Origin: an uncultured Candidatus Micrarchaeota archaeon
GTDB taxonomy: Archaea; Micrarchaeota; Micrarchaeia; Anstonellales; Bilamarchaeaceae
Reading direction: 5' to 3'
NCBI GenBank assembly: GCA_963714085.1
Contig: OY970229.1
Coordinates: 1,088,001-1,152,000, forward strand
DNA: 64,000 nucleotides
The translations under genes were made by a program, and so were the position numbers. The notes under the pieces are model-generated. The model was given only the letters and a program-made list of their open reading frames with translations. It did not search any database and was not told the origin of the DNA. This document shows, piece after piece, positions 37,252 through 46,755 of this stretch. Numbering within the stretch: the stretch's first letter is position 1; each line of letters starts with the position of its first letter.

Positions 37252-38367
37252 ATGGAGATAACGAAGCCGCTTACGCTCGATGGAGAGGAGCATCTGTCCA
37301 AGGCCATAACCGAGCTCATGGAGACCGGGACCGCGGTCCTGGTCACGAAGAACGACAAGTACTTCGGCATAATAGACGACCGGAACCTGCGGCACGGCAT
37401 CGCGGACTCGGCGAAGACGAAATGCGAGAATTGCGTGGTCAAGCCGCCGACCCTGAGCCCTGACACCACGATACTGGAGCAGATAGACGCGTTCCTGCTC
37501 GGCCATTTCAAGGCCCTGCCGGTGATAGACGGCCAGGGCAGGGCCCTCGGGATAACCACGCGCACCGACCTGCTGAAGGCCATGGTGGACGAGGGGCTCG
37601 TGCCGAAGAACAGGATATCGGAGCTCATGAGCTCACCGGTGTACACCATAGACGAAAGCGCGCCGGTGGCCCGGGCCAAGGGCATGATGAAGGAGTACGG
37701 CTGCCACCGACTGGTCGTCACCAAGCAGGGGACCCCGGTGGGCGTGATATCCACGCTGGACCTGGCGTCCTACCTCACGAAGCCGAACACCATCGAGAAG
37801 AAGCCCTACGTGATCAAGGAGGTCGACAGCGGGCTCGCGATGCCCATATCCGGCTATCTGAGGGCGGACGTGACGACCATAGCAGAGCAGTCCACGATAG
37901 ACGAAGCGGCCAAGCGGATGATAGACAAGGGCGTGTCCTCGGTGGTCGTGGTCTCGACGGCGGGCAAGGGGCTCGTCGGAGTGCTCTCGGCCATAGACAT
38001 ATTCAGGAGGATCCAGGAGATCGCCAAGGAGGAGATATCCATGTCGGTCTCGGGCCTCAGCGAGGACAACGTCTGGCAGTTCCCGGAGATAAAGACCAAG
38101 GTCGGCTCCGTGCTCGAGAAGTTCTCCAAATCATTCAACATCAGGAACGTCTCGGTCCACGTCAAGGAGGACAAATCCACGTTCGAGGTCTTCCTATACT
38201 TCGACACCGATGCGGGCCATATCTCGCTCTCGACCGAACGCAAGGCGCTCAAGGAGGCCGTGGACCAGCTTGCAGAGGAGCTTGACGCCGTGCTCTCGAA
38301 AAAGAAAGACAAGAGGTTCACGAAGGCCAGGCGGGTCAATACCGGCCGGGAAGATGAGGTCCTATGA
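37252..38367 (+). CDS. four-CBS-domain protein with C-terminal HPF/RaiA-like domain
   Basis: Two CBS pairs followed by a ~100-aa beta-alpha-beta-beta-beta-alpha segment ending AVDQLAEEL...L.K.K. Confidence 0.8.
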   Translation: MEITKPLTLDGEEHLSKAITELMETGTAVLVTKNDKYFGIIDDRNLRHGIADSAKTKCENCVVKPPTLSPDTTILEQIDAFLLGHFKALPVIDGQGRALGITTRTDLLKAMVDEGLVPKNRISELMSSPVYTIDESAPVARAKGMMKEYGCHRLVVTKQGTPVGVISTLDLASYLTKPNTIEKKPYVIKEVDSGLAMPISGYLRADVTTIAEQSTIDEAAKRMIDKGVSSVVVVSTAGKGLVGVLSAIDIFRRIQEIAKEEISMSVSGLSEDNVWQFPEIKTKVGSVLEKFSKSFNIRNVSVHVKEDKSTFEVFLYFDTDAGHISLSTERKALKEAVDQLAEELDAVLSKKKDKRFTKARRVNTGREDEVL

Positions 38368-38801
38368 GAAGGGCGCAAGTAGCGACGGAGTTCCTTGTGA
38401 TAATCGTCCTGGTGCTCGTAGTCTTCATACCGCTGCTCGTGTTCGTCTACCTCAAGACCAACGAGGCCAACGCGCAGATAGGCGAATACCAGGCAGAGCT
38501 CGCCGCGCTGAGGCTCGCCTACCTGGCGAACTCCGTAGGCGCCCTGGGCAGCAACACATCCATAATCGCGGAGGTCTACATCCCGCCGGGGGTCTCCGGC
38601 TTCAGCACCCAGACCGTCGGGCACGGCGGCGAGGTTGTGCTAACCCTGCAGACCCCGTCCGGCCCTAACGACGTCGTGGAGATCATCAAGTACCCGATCG
38701 TGAACCCCCAGCCTCTACAGACCCAGCAAGGCTGGGCTAATTTCAACATAACCTCGGTGTACGTGAACGGCGTCGCGGAGATCGACATAGAGCGATCCTG
38801 A
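38364..38801 (+). CDS. archaeal type IV pilin-like protein (class III signal peptide)
   Basis: MRRA/QVATEFL followed by a hydrophobic stretch. Confidence 0.82.
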   Translation: MRRAQVATEFLVIIVLVLVVFIPLLVFVYLKTNEANAQIGEYQAELAALRLAYLANSVGALGSNTSIIAEVYIPPGVSGFSTQTVGHGGEVVLTLQTPSGPNDVVEIIKYPIVNPQPLQTQQGWANFNITSVYVNGVAEIDIERS

Positions 38802-38816
38802 GCCGCCTGATGGGGC

Positions 38817-40007
38817 CTACTGCAATTCCCCGTCTTCCATGATGAGCTCGCCCCTGCGCATCACCGAGACCGCCCTGCCTCTCAGCCGCCTTCCCTCGAA
38901 CGGGCTCCATCTGCACTTGGTGAGGAGCTCCGCGCCCTCCACGACCCACTCCTGCTTCATATCGATGAATGTCAAGTCCGCGTCATATCCGGCTGCTATC
39001 CTCCCCTTGCCCTTGAGGTTGAATATCCTCGCCGGATTCTCGGTCATGGCAGGGATCACCCAGTCGATCCCGAGCAGGCCCTTATGGTGAGCATCCAGCA
39101 TGAGGGAGAGGCAGGTCTCAAGGCCCGGGAACCCGCGCGCCCCGGCCTCCTTGTCCTCCATGGTGTGCGGCGCATGGTCCGTGGCTATGCAGTCTATGCG
39201 TTCCAGCGAATGCCAGAGGGTGATGCGCTTCTGCTCGCTCCGGAGAGGCGGATAGACGGTTCCCATTGGCCCGAGCCTTTTGGCGTCCTTATCAGACAGG
39301 AAAAGGTAGTGCGGCGCGACCTCGCAGGTCGCCTTTTGTGCCTTCTTGAACAGCGTGATCTCGTGGGGCGTGGACACGTGGGCCAGGTGCACCCTCCGGC
39401 CGTGCTTCTGGGCCAGGAGCGCCGCGTACCTCTCGTTCGCGTAGCTGTTCTCGAGGTTCTTTTTTTCGTCGGGGGAATCGTCCGACGCGTGTACGACAAT
39501 GGGCCGCTCATGGTCGAACTGCGAGAAATGCCTATCCAGGGACTCCTTCTTCAGCAGGAGCCCGCCCGTGGTCTTGCCCATGTACGCCTTGAGCGAGCCC
39601 GGATCCGCCTTCTTCACTTCCTCGAAGTTCGAATCCGTGGTCCCGAAATGGAACCGCACGTCGCATAGGGCTTTCTTCCCCGCGAGCCTCCTCTTCTCCT
39701 CGAGCCGCTCCGCGGTGATGGTGGGAGGGTCGTTGTTCGGCATGTCCATGACCGTGGTGAAGCCCCCTGCCACGGCGGCCGCTGTTCCTGTCCTGAAATC
39801 CTCCTTGTACTCCGCGCCCGGCTCGCGCAGGTGGACGTGGGGATCTATGAGGCCGGGCACCACGAGCAGCCCGGACGCGTCTATGGGCTTGGCGCCGTCG
39901 GAGAGCCCCGAACCCACCTTCTTGATCCTCCCGTCCTCTATGAGTATGTCGGCCTCCCTGAAGTCGCCTTCCAGAAAAACCCTGCCGCCCCTGACAACGG
40001 GTGACAT
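38817..40007 (-). CDS. pyrC: dihydroorotase
   Basis: PGLIDPHVHLREPG, GGFTTV.DMPN, EVAPHYL, PPLR, ATDHAPH. Confidence 0.9.
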   Translation of the reverse strand: MSPVVRGGRVFLEGDFREADILIEDGRIKKVGSGLSDGAKPIDASGLLVVPGLIDPHVHLREPGAEYKEDFRTGTAAAVAGGFTTVMDMPNNDPPTITAERLEEKRRLAGKKALCDVRFHFGTTDSNFEEVKKADPGSLKAYMGKTTGGLLLKKESLDRHFSQFDHERPIVVHASDDSPDEKKNLENSYANERYAALLAQKHGRRVHLAHVSTPHEITLFKKAQKATCEVAPHYLFLSDKDAKRLGPMGTVYPPLRSEQKRITLWHSLERIDCIATDHAPHTMEDKEAGARGFPGLETCLSLMLDAHHKGLLGIDWVIPAMTENPARIFNLKGKGRIAAGYDADLTFIDMKQEWVVEGAELLTKCRWSPFEGRRLRGRAVSVMRRGELIMEDGELQ

Positions 40008-40011
40008 GGGC

Positions 40012-41766
40012 TCACTTCGAGGACAGTATGATCTTCCTGTCCATGACCAGCGTATAGATGAAGAGGACCGTGAGCGTGACGTAGCGCACCAGGCCGTAGA
40101 TCAGGAACTTCTGCCATGCCTGGTTCCTCGCGTTTATAACGCCGAGCAGGTCCTTGAAGGACTCCTTCTCCGCGGGGCCCATCTTGCTGTCGCTCAGCTT
40201 CTTGTGCTCCTTGCCGTCTATTATCGTGATCTCCTCCTGCTTGCCTATCTGCTTCTTCGCCTGGCCGTACCAGGGCGGCAGCGAGGATTTCTTCTTCATC
40301 ATGCCCTTCATGAAGTCGCCCACGCTCAGCGGCCTCTGGTAGACCTCCCCCTTCGCCTTCTCGTGGGCCTCATCCTTGGTCATCCCTTGCTGTATGTACT
40401 TCTCCGCTTTCTTCTCTATGGCGAAGAACGCCTCCCTCCACGGGTAGGTTGCGGCCTCGTCCACCACCGCCTTGAGGTCAGCGGACGCATAGCCCATGGT
40501 CGCGGCGCCGAGCAGACTGAACGGGATGAGGGACGTGAGGGGCCTCTTCTTGGCATGCATCTTGAGTATGGCGACGCGTGAGTCGTAATCCGGCTCGGGT
40601 ATGTAGAGCAGTTTGCTGAAACGGCCGGACCTCCTGAGCGCCGGGTCGACATCCCACGGCGCGTTGGTCGCGGCTATGACCAGGACGTTCTGGTTGTTGG
40701 CCTCCACCCCGTCCATCTCGTAGAGCAGCTGGTTCACGGCCATCTTCATGTACTGCTGGCCTTCCTGCTGGTCCCTCCTGCCTCCTAGCGCGTCCACTTC
40801 GTCGAAGAACAGTATGCACGGCACGTGCTTGCGCGCCAGCTCGAACACCTTGTGTATGTTCTTCTCGGTGTTGCCCACGTACATGTCCAGCAGGTCGGAC
40901 AGCTTCGCGTTTATGAAACCGGCCTGGCACTCGCCGGCAGCCGCCTTTACAATGAAAGTTTTCCCGCATCCAGGAGGGCCGTACATCAGTATGCCGCCGC
41001 CTCCGAGCTTGCCGTACTTGCGGGCCAGCTCCGGATTCATCATAGGGTAGACAATCGCCTCGCGGATCTCCTCCTTCATCTTCTTCATGCCCGCGACGTC
41101 GACGAACGTCATATTGGGCTTCTGGAGCATCTTTATGTCGGCCCCGGCCGTCCCGCCGCCGCCTTCGCCCTTGCCTTCCTGCTCCTTCTTGGCCTTCGCG
41201 CTCTCCAAGTGCGTCTTGGCTTCCGCGAGCTCCGGGTTCAGCTGCAGCGCCTTCTCGTAGTCGGCTATGGCGTCGCTGATACTGCCCGCGTACTCATGCG
41301 CCAGGCCCCGCAGGTGGTACGCTTCGGCGAAGTCCGCCTTTATCTGGATGACCTTGCTGAAATCCTCCACCGCCTTCTCGTATTCTTCGATAGATGCGTA
41401 AGAGAGCCCCCGGTTGTAGAAGGCCTTGAGATAGTTCGGGTTCAGGGTTATGGCCTTGTCATAGTCCTTCACAGCGGTCTGGAAGTCCTGCTTCCTGTAG
41501 AACGCGTCGCCCCTGTTATTGTAGATTATCGGGTTCTGGGGGTCGAGCTCCCCTGCCTTGGTGTAGTCAGCCACGGACTTGTCGAAGTTCTTGAGCTGGT
41601 AGTAGGAGAGGGCGCGGTTGAAGTACGCCTCGGAGAACACCGGGTTGAGGAGGATAGCCATGTTGTAGTTCTCTATGGCCTTCTCGTAGTCCGATTTCTC
41701 GTAGTAATCGTTGCCCAACTGGTAATACGTCTTCGCGTCTGTAGGATTCGGTTTCCGCTCAATCAT
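40012..41766 (-). CDS. TPR-repeat AAA+ ATPase with C-terminal hydrophobic helix
   Basis: N-terminal TPR repeats; GPPGCGKT, FFDEVD, AATNAPWDVDPALRRSGRF. Confidence 0.9.
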   Translation of the reverse strand: MIERKPNPTDAKTYYQLGNDYYEKSDYEKAIENYNMAILLNPVFSEAYFNRALSYYQLKNFDKSVADYTKAGELDPQNPIIYNNRGDAFYRKQDFQTAVKDYDKAITLNPNYLKAFYNRGLSYASIEEYEKAVEDFSKVIQIKADFAEAYHLRGLAHEYAGSISDAIADYEKALQLNPELAEAKTHLESAKAKKEQEGKGEGGGGTAGADIKMLQKPNMTFVDVAGMKKMKEEIREAIVYPMMNPELARKYGKLGGGGILMYGPPGCGKTFIVKAAAGECQAGFINAKLSDLLDMYVGNTEKNIHKVFELARKHVPCILFFDEVDALGGRRDQQEGQQYMKMAVNQLLYEMDGVEANNQNVLVIAATNAPWDVDPALRRSGRFSKLLYIPEPDYDSRVAILKMHAKKRPLTSLIPFSLLGAATMGYASADLKAVVDEAATYPWREAFFAIEKKAEKYIQQGMTKDEAHEKAKGEVYQRPLSVGDFMKGMMKKKSSLPPWYGQAKKQIGKQEEITIIDGKEHKKLSDSKMGPAEKESFKDLLGVINARNQAWQKFLIYGLVRYVTLTVLFIYTLVMDRKIILSSK

Positions 41767-41838
41767 GATACCAACTGGAATATCTCTACTTACACATAGG
41801 AGACGGTATTTTTAAGATTATCCTGCTGCCCGTCATCA

Positions 41839-43068
41839 CTACCCCATCTCCTCCTCGATTCTGAGCAGCTGGTTGTATTTCGCCGTGCGCTCTCCCCTGG
41901 CAGGCGCGCCGGTCTTTATCTGGCCCGCGTTTATGCCCACGCAGAAGTCCGCTATGAAGCTGTCCTCGGTCTCGCCGGAGCGGTGGGATACGACGACCTT
42001 CCACTTGCTGTGCCTGCAGAGGTTGGCCGCGGCTATCGCCTCGCTCACGGTCCCTATCTGGTTGACCTTGAGCAGCAGGGCGTTGCAGGACTGCTTCTCT
42101 ATGGCGGTCCTTATCCTCTTCACGTTGGTCACGAGCAGGTCGTCCCCGACCACCTGGATCCTCTTGCCGAGCGTCTCGGTCATCTCGCTGAACATGTCGA
42201 AATCGTCCTCGAAGAACGGGTCCTCTATGGAGGACAGGCCGAAGCCCTTCACCAAATCGACGTAGAAGTCCAGAAGGTCGTCCGCATCCACGGATTTCCC
42301 GTCCAGGTTGTACATCTTTTTTTTCTCGTCGTAGAACGAGCTGGCCGCGGCGTCTATGGCGATGCCCGTCCTCTTCCTGTAGCCGCATTCCACCAGCGCG
42401 TCCTCTATCGCCTCGAGCGCTTCGGAGGCATTATCCAGCTGCGGCGCGAAACCGCCCTCGTCGCCTACGTTCCTCGCCCCCGGTCCGTACTTCTTCACCA
42501 GCTGCTGGCCGAGCGTGTGATAAGTCTCGCTCGCCATCCTCAGGCGTTCGGAAAAGGTCGGCGCGTCCGGTATTATCATGAACTCCTGGATGGAGAGCCT
42601 GCCTCCCGCGTGCTTGCCTCCGTTGAGTATGTTGAACATCGCCCTGGGCATCTCGCTGCCCCCGAGATAACTGTGGAGCGGCTCGTTGTTGGACGCAGCC
42701 GCGGCCCTGGCGCAGGCCATGGACACCGCAACCATGGCGTTCGCGCCCAGCCTGGATTTCTCAGGAGTGCCGTCCAGCTCTATCATCTGGGCGTCTATGT
42801 CCTCCAGCGGCTCTATGGGCATACCGACTAAAAGCGGCTCTATCTTCTCATTGACGTTCTGCACCGCCTGCATCACGCCCTTTCCCAGGTAACGGCTGTC
42901 CTCGTCGCGCAGCTCCAGCGCCTCGTGGATCCCGGTGGAAGCACCGCTCGGCGCCGCGGACCTGCCGAACGAGCCGCCTTCGGTCTCCACGTCCACTTCC
43001 ACGGTAGGGTTGCCCCTGGAATCAAGTATCTCCCGCGCATGCACGCTCTTGATATGCAAGAATATCAC
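41839..43068 (-). CDS. eno: enolase
   Basis: REILDSRGNPTVE, PSGASTG, GDEGGFAP, LLKVNQIGT, SHRSGETED. Confidence 0.97.
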   Translation of the reverse strand: MIFLHIKSVHAREILDSRGNPTVEVDVETEGGSFGRSAAPSGASTGIHEALELRDEDSRYLGKGVMQAVQNVNEKIEPLLVGMPIEPLEDIDAQMIELDGTPEKSRLGANAMVAVSMACARAAAASNNEPLHSYLGGSEMPRAMFNILNGGKHAGGRLSIQEFMIIPDAPTFSERLRMASETYHTLGQQLVKKYGPGARNVGDEGGFAPQLDNASEALEAIEDALVECGYRKRTGIAIDAAASSFYDEKKKMYNLDGKSVDADDLLDFYVDLVKGFGLSSIEDPFFEDDFDMFSEMTETLGKRIQVVGDDLLVTNVKRIRTAIEKQSCNALLLKVNQIGTVSEAIAAANLCRHSKWKVVVSHRSGETEDSFIADFCVGINAGQIKTGAPARGERTAKYNQLLRIEEEMG

Positions 43069-43159
43069 CTGAGGGGCATATACCGCTAAAATTTATAAGT
43101 CATAGCAAATGCCCGGCCTGCATGGCGATTTTTAAGCACTCTGGCGCACACATAGCAAC

Positions 43160-43711
43160 ATGGCCGCCCTGGCAAGGAAACAATTGATAGCCTGCCCCAG
43201 TACCAGTCCAAGACATCCTCACAGGAGGTATAGGGTAAAGTTAGACGAATATACGGTATACGCCACGCGTGCCGAGCTTGTCGAATTGGCAAGGTTCGGA
43301 AAAAGAAGGGAGAACCTGGAAGCCAAGGTGGAAAAGGAGGGGGCCAAGGTCCTAGCGCGGCGGCAGGAGTATATGGAGAAAAACCCGCGCCATAGCATCC
43401 GCGAGAAGATGGACGCCGTGTTCGACCACATAGTCTGGGGGACCCTGTTCCTGGGAGCTGGGCTGGCAGGCATTCCGTTGGAGATCGGGAGCCTTACGCG
43501 CGGGTTCCGGGGCACTATGACGGAAGTATGCATGGTTTGCGCCGCGTCCGCAGTGGGTTTCATTGCGTCCTTGAGACACAGCGTGCCGCTATTGATGCGT
43601 GAAAGACTAACGGGGAAAAAGCTTGAAATATACGAGGGAGAACTGCTGGACGCGAAGGTCCAAGAGGCTGGATTCTGCCAAGAATTGCTGAAAAGAGACA
43701 GGTCCAACTAA
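43160..43711 (+). CDS. hypothetical membrane protein
   Basis: Two hydrophobic segments flanked by coiled-coil-like regions. Confidence 0.6.
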   Translation: MAALARKQLIACPSTSPRHPHRRYRVKLDEYTVYATRAELVELARFGKRRENLEAKVEKEGAKVLARRQEYMEKNPRHSIREKMDAVFDHIVWGTLFLGAGLAGIPLEIGSLTRGFRGTMTEVCMVCAASAVGFIASLRHSVPLLMRERLTGKKLEIYEGELLDAKVQEAGFCQELLKRDRSN

Positions 43712-43739
43712 TTTCCTATAACCCTGCTGCGGTGGTCGG

Positions 43740-43931
43740 ATGAAACTCATGCTCGATGGAAGGAAAGCAAAGCAAATCAAGTTCAGCGGCAGCGTAGCGT
43801 CCTTGCTGAAGAAAATCGGTGTCCGTAGGGAAGAGGTCGTAGTGAAGCTCAACGGCCGTCTGGCGCCCGAGACCGCGTCCGTCGGAGCGAGCGACAAGGT
43901 GGAAGTGCTCAGGGTAGTCTTCGGTGGCTGA
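43740..43931 (+). CDS. ThiS/MoaD-like sulfur carrier (SAMP)
   Basis: 63-aa beta-grasp-like protein ending in GG. Confidence 0.9.
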   Translation: MKLMLDGRKAKQIKFSGSVASLLKKIGVRREEVVVKLNGRLAPETASVGASDKVEVLRVVFGG

Positions 43932-43932
43932 G

Positions 43933-44823
43933 ATGGACGGATGCTCGAAATGCGATAACAACGCGATCATCCGCCTGCACTACTGCGAGCGCAGCCTCTG
44001 CGCGGACCATTTCCTGCGCATGTTCGACAAGCGCTTCCGCTCCACGGTGCGCGAGTTCCGCATGCTGAGCAAGGGCGACCGGGTCGCGGTCGGGCTCTCA
44101 GGCGGCAAGGACAGCACGGTCCTGCTCCAGTGCCTCCACGAGCTGTCAAAGGACCTGCCCATGGAGCTCGTCGCAATAACCGTGGACGAGGGCATCTCCG
44201 GCTACCGCGATGCCACGCTCCGCATCGCGAAGAGGCAGACGAAGAAGCTCGGAATCGAGCATGAGATAGTCTCGTTCAGAAAAGAGATCGGCAAGCCGCT
44301 GGATTCGATAATAAAAAAACACGGCGGCCTGCCCTGCTCCTGGTGCGGTGTCTTTAGGCGAGGCCTGCTCAACCGGACCGCGAAAAGGCTCGGAGTGGAC
44401 AAGCTTGCAATGGGCCACAACCTCGACGACATGGCCCAGACCGTGCTCATGAACATATTGAGGAACGAGCCCTCGCGCACCGAGAGGCTGCTCGCGCCAG
44501 CCAAGCACTCCGAGTTCGTCCGGCGCATAAGGCCGCTCCTGCGCACCCCGGAGAAGGAGACCGCGGTCTATGCGATGCTACGCGGCATGGAGATGAGCTA
44601 TAAAGAATGCCCATATGCGCAATCCGCGTTCAGGCAGTCTGTGAGAAGGCAGCTCAACGAGATGGAGGAGCTCCACCCTGGTACGAAGTACAAGGTGCTC
44701 GGCAGCTTCCTCTCCGGTGGGAAAGCGCCCGAAGAGCGCAGGTTCGAGGCGTGTTCCTCATGCGGTGAGCCGGGCAGCTCCGCGCTCTGCAAGTTCTGCG
44801 AGCTGACTAATAAAGTAAAATAA
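43933..44823 (+). CDS. ttuA: tRNA 2-thiolation protein (TtuA/NcsA family)
   Basis: N- and C-terminal Zn fingers, SGGKDS PP-loop, CSWCG..RR, GHNLDD, CPY. Confidence 0.9.
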   Translation: MDGCSKCDNNAIIRLHYCERSLCADHFLRMFDKRFRSTVREFRMLSKGDRVAVGLSGGKDSTVLLQCLHELSKDLPMELVAITVDEGISGYRDATLRIAKRQTKKLGIEHEIVSFRKEIGKPLDSIIKKHGGLPCSWCGVFRRGLLNRTAKRLGVDKLAMGHNLDDMAQTVLMNILRNEPSRTERLLAPAKHSEFVRRIRPLLRTPEKETAVYAMLRGMEMSYKECPYAQSAFRQSVRRQLNEMEELHPGTKYKVLGSFLSGGKAPEERRFEACSSCGEPGSSALCKFCELTNKVK

Positions 44824-44844
44824 CCTTCCATTCCATAACCCTCC

Positions 44845-45636
44845 ATGGAAATCGTATTTCTGGGCACTGGTGGCGGCAGGGTCAACCTCATCAGGCAGAC
44901 GAGGAAGACCGGCGGGTTCCGGATAAACTCTGATTCTGCGAACATACACGTGGACCCTGGCCCGGGCGCGCTCATATACTCGGTCGAACACCACCACGAC
45001 CCGCTCACGCTGGACGCCGTGATCGTCACCCACGCGCACGTGGACCACGGCAACAACGCTAACCTCATGGTGGAAGGGATGTCCAGGTTCGCTCTTGAGA
45101 AGAAAGGGATAATCATAGCCAGCAGGAACACGCTGGAAGGCCCGGACCACCTCGTAACGAAATACCACCAGGACCATGCGAAGGAGATATACAGCGCGGT
45201 CTATGGCGAACGGAAGAGGTTCACCACCAAAAAAGGCAGCTTCGAGCTGGAGATAGTGGAGGTCAAGCACGACGAGCCCACCGCCTTCGGATTCAAGCTG
45301 TATCTGGAAGGGAAGGTCATCGGGTACACCTCGGACACCAACTGGTTCGAGGAGCTGGGGACGCGCTTCTCGGGCTGCGACCTGCTGGTGGCGAACTGCC
45401 TCAAGCCCTATTCGGACGGCATACCGGACCACCTGGAGAGCAGCCAGATAGTCAAGCTGCTCAAGATCGCGCAGCCGAAGAAGGCCGTGCTCTCGCATTT
45501 CGGGGTGAAGATGCTGCGCGCCGGCCCGGAGCTCGAGGCGCAGAAGATAGAGTACGAGAGCGAGGTCGACACGATCGCGGCCAAGGACGGGATGAGGCTC
45601 ATAATCGGCGACGAGATAACCGTGGCGAACCCTTAG
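44845..45636 (+). CDS. MBL-fold metallohydrolase
   Basis: FLGTGGGR, DPGPG, THAHVDH, YTSDT, SHFG. Confidence 0.88.
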   Translation: MEIVFLGTGGGRVNLIRQTRKTGGFRINSDSANIHVDPGPGALIYSVEHHHDPLTLDAVIVTHAHVDHGNNANLMVEGMSRFALEKKGIIIASRNTLEGPDHLVTKYHQDHAKEIYSAVYGERKRFTTKKGSFELEIVEVKHDEPTAFGFKLYLEGKVIGYTSDTNWFEELGTRFSGCDLLVANCLKPYSDGIPDHLESSQIVKLLKIAQPKKAVLSHFGVKMLRAGPELEAQKIEYESEVDTIAAKDGMRLIIGDEITVANP

Positions 45637-45648
45637 TGAGGGAACCGA

Positions 45649-46659
45649 TCAACGCGGCCCAGGGGTTCCAAGAAGCTCGTCAGCCATCGGGAAGTAATTC
45701 AACTTGTGCTCTTTGTAGACATGGAGCAGTTCGTAATCCTGGGTCAATCCGGCAAAACGGTTCCTGAATCTTGCCATGATATCGCGGAATTCCGCCTCGT
45801 CGTTGACCTCCGCCTCGATTTCAAGGTCCCACTCCCCGAAGCACTCGATTAGATAAACGATTGCAGGCTCGGCCATGCAGAACGAGAGTATCTTCTTCTC
45901 GTCCACTTCGCTGAAGCTTCCCGTGGTTATTAAAGATTTGTAGTACATCCTCCCGATCTTCCCGAGATCGATGAGTATGCGGTATGACTGGATTATCCCC
46001 TTCTCCTCCATCTTTGCGATCCTCTGTTTCACGGTATTGAAGCTGGTTTTGAGCTCCTGCGCCATCTCCTGGGTGCTCATCCTTGCGTCCAATGAGAGGA
46101 ATCTCAGGATGCGGATGTCCAGCTCGTCAAGTTTCTCTTGGGGAGGTTCGAACCCATACCAGGGATTCCTCTCTTTCTGCTCCCTTTCCCCGACAAGATA
46201 GGCGCGCTCGAAATGGTAATTGACCATCGAGGGGGAGATGCTGTAATTCTTCATGTACTGGCCGATTTCCCTTTTTACCTCGTGCAAGAAAACATTGACC
46301 TCGATCGGATTTCTTGCGGAGAAAAGCACCTCAAGGTCCCACCGCCCGCTCGTGCTCACGACCCAGATGCAACGGGGGTGCTTCATGAAATAATCCACTA
46401 TCCCCAGCTCGTCTTTTTCAGATGTCTTTTGGAACCTTAGGTAGATGCGGTAGGTGAAAAAACCGAGCCTGTGCAGGTCCACCACCGCCATGGTTCCGAC
46501 TATGATCTTGTTCCTGAAAAGATTGTCAAGCCGGTATTTCACCAGTTGCGCCGAGAGCCCCACCTTTTTCGCAAGCTCGGACAGCGGCGCCCTTGCGTTG
46601 TAATCGAGTTCATGGAGGATCTTGAGGTCTTTTTTATCTGGTCTGGCCGGGTTTTTCAT
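45649..46659 (-). CDS. Lrp/AsnC family regulator with duplicated HTH-RAM architecture
   Basis: DKKDLKIL.EL..NAR and DELDIRIL..L..DAR HTHs; GRWDL and GEWDLEIE RAM motifs. Confidence 0.88.
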   Translation of the reverse strand: MKNPARPDKKDLKILHELDYNARAPLSELAKKVGLSAQLVKYRLDNLFRNKIIVGTMAVVDLHRLGFFTYRIYLRFQKTSEKDELGIVDYFMKHPRCIWVVSTSGRWDLEVLFSARNPIEVNVFLHEVKREIGQYMKNYSISPSMVNYHFERAYLVGEREQKERNPWYGFEPPQEKLDELDIRILRFLSLDARMSTQEMAQELKTSFNTVKQRIAKMEEKGIIQSYRILIDLGKIGRMYYKSLITTGSFSEVDEKKILSFCMAEPAIVYLIECFGEWDLEIEAEVNDEAEFRDIMARFRNRFAGLTQDYELLHVYKEHKLNYFPMADELLGTPGPR

Positions 46660-46755
46660 ATATTTTTATTTATTACTATTATCTTTAATATTTATGCAAT
46701 TCTTAAAAGAAATCAACAATATCATTTTAAATATATAGAAAACGCGTTTTAGCAT

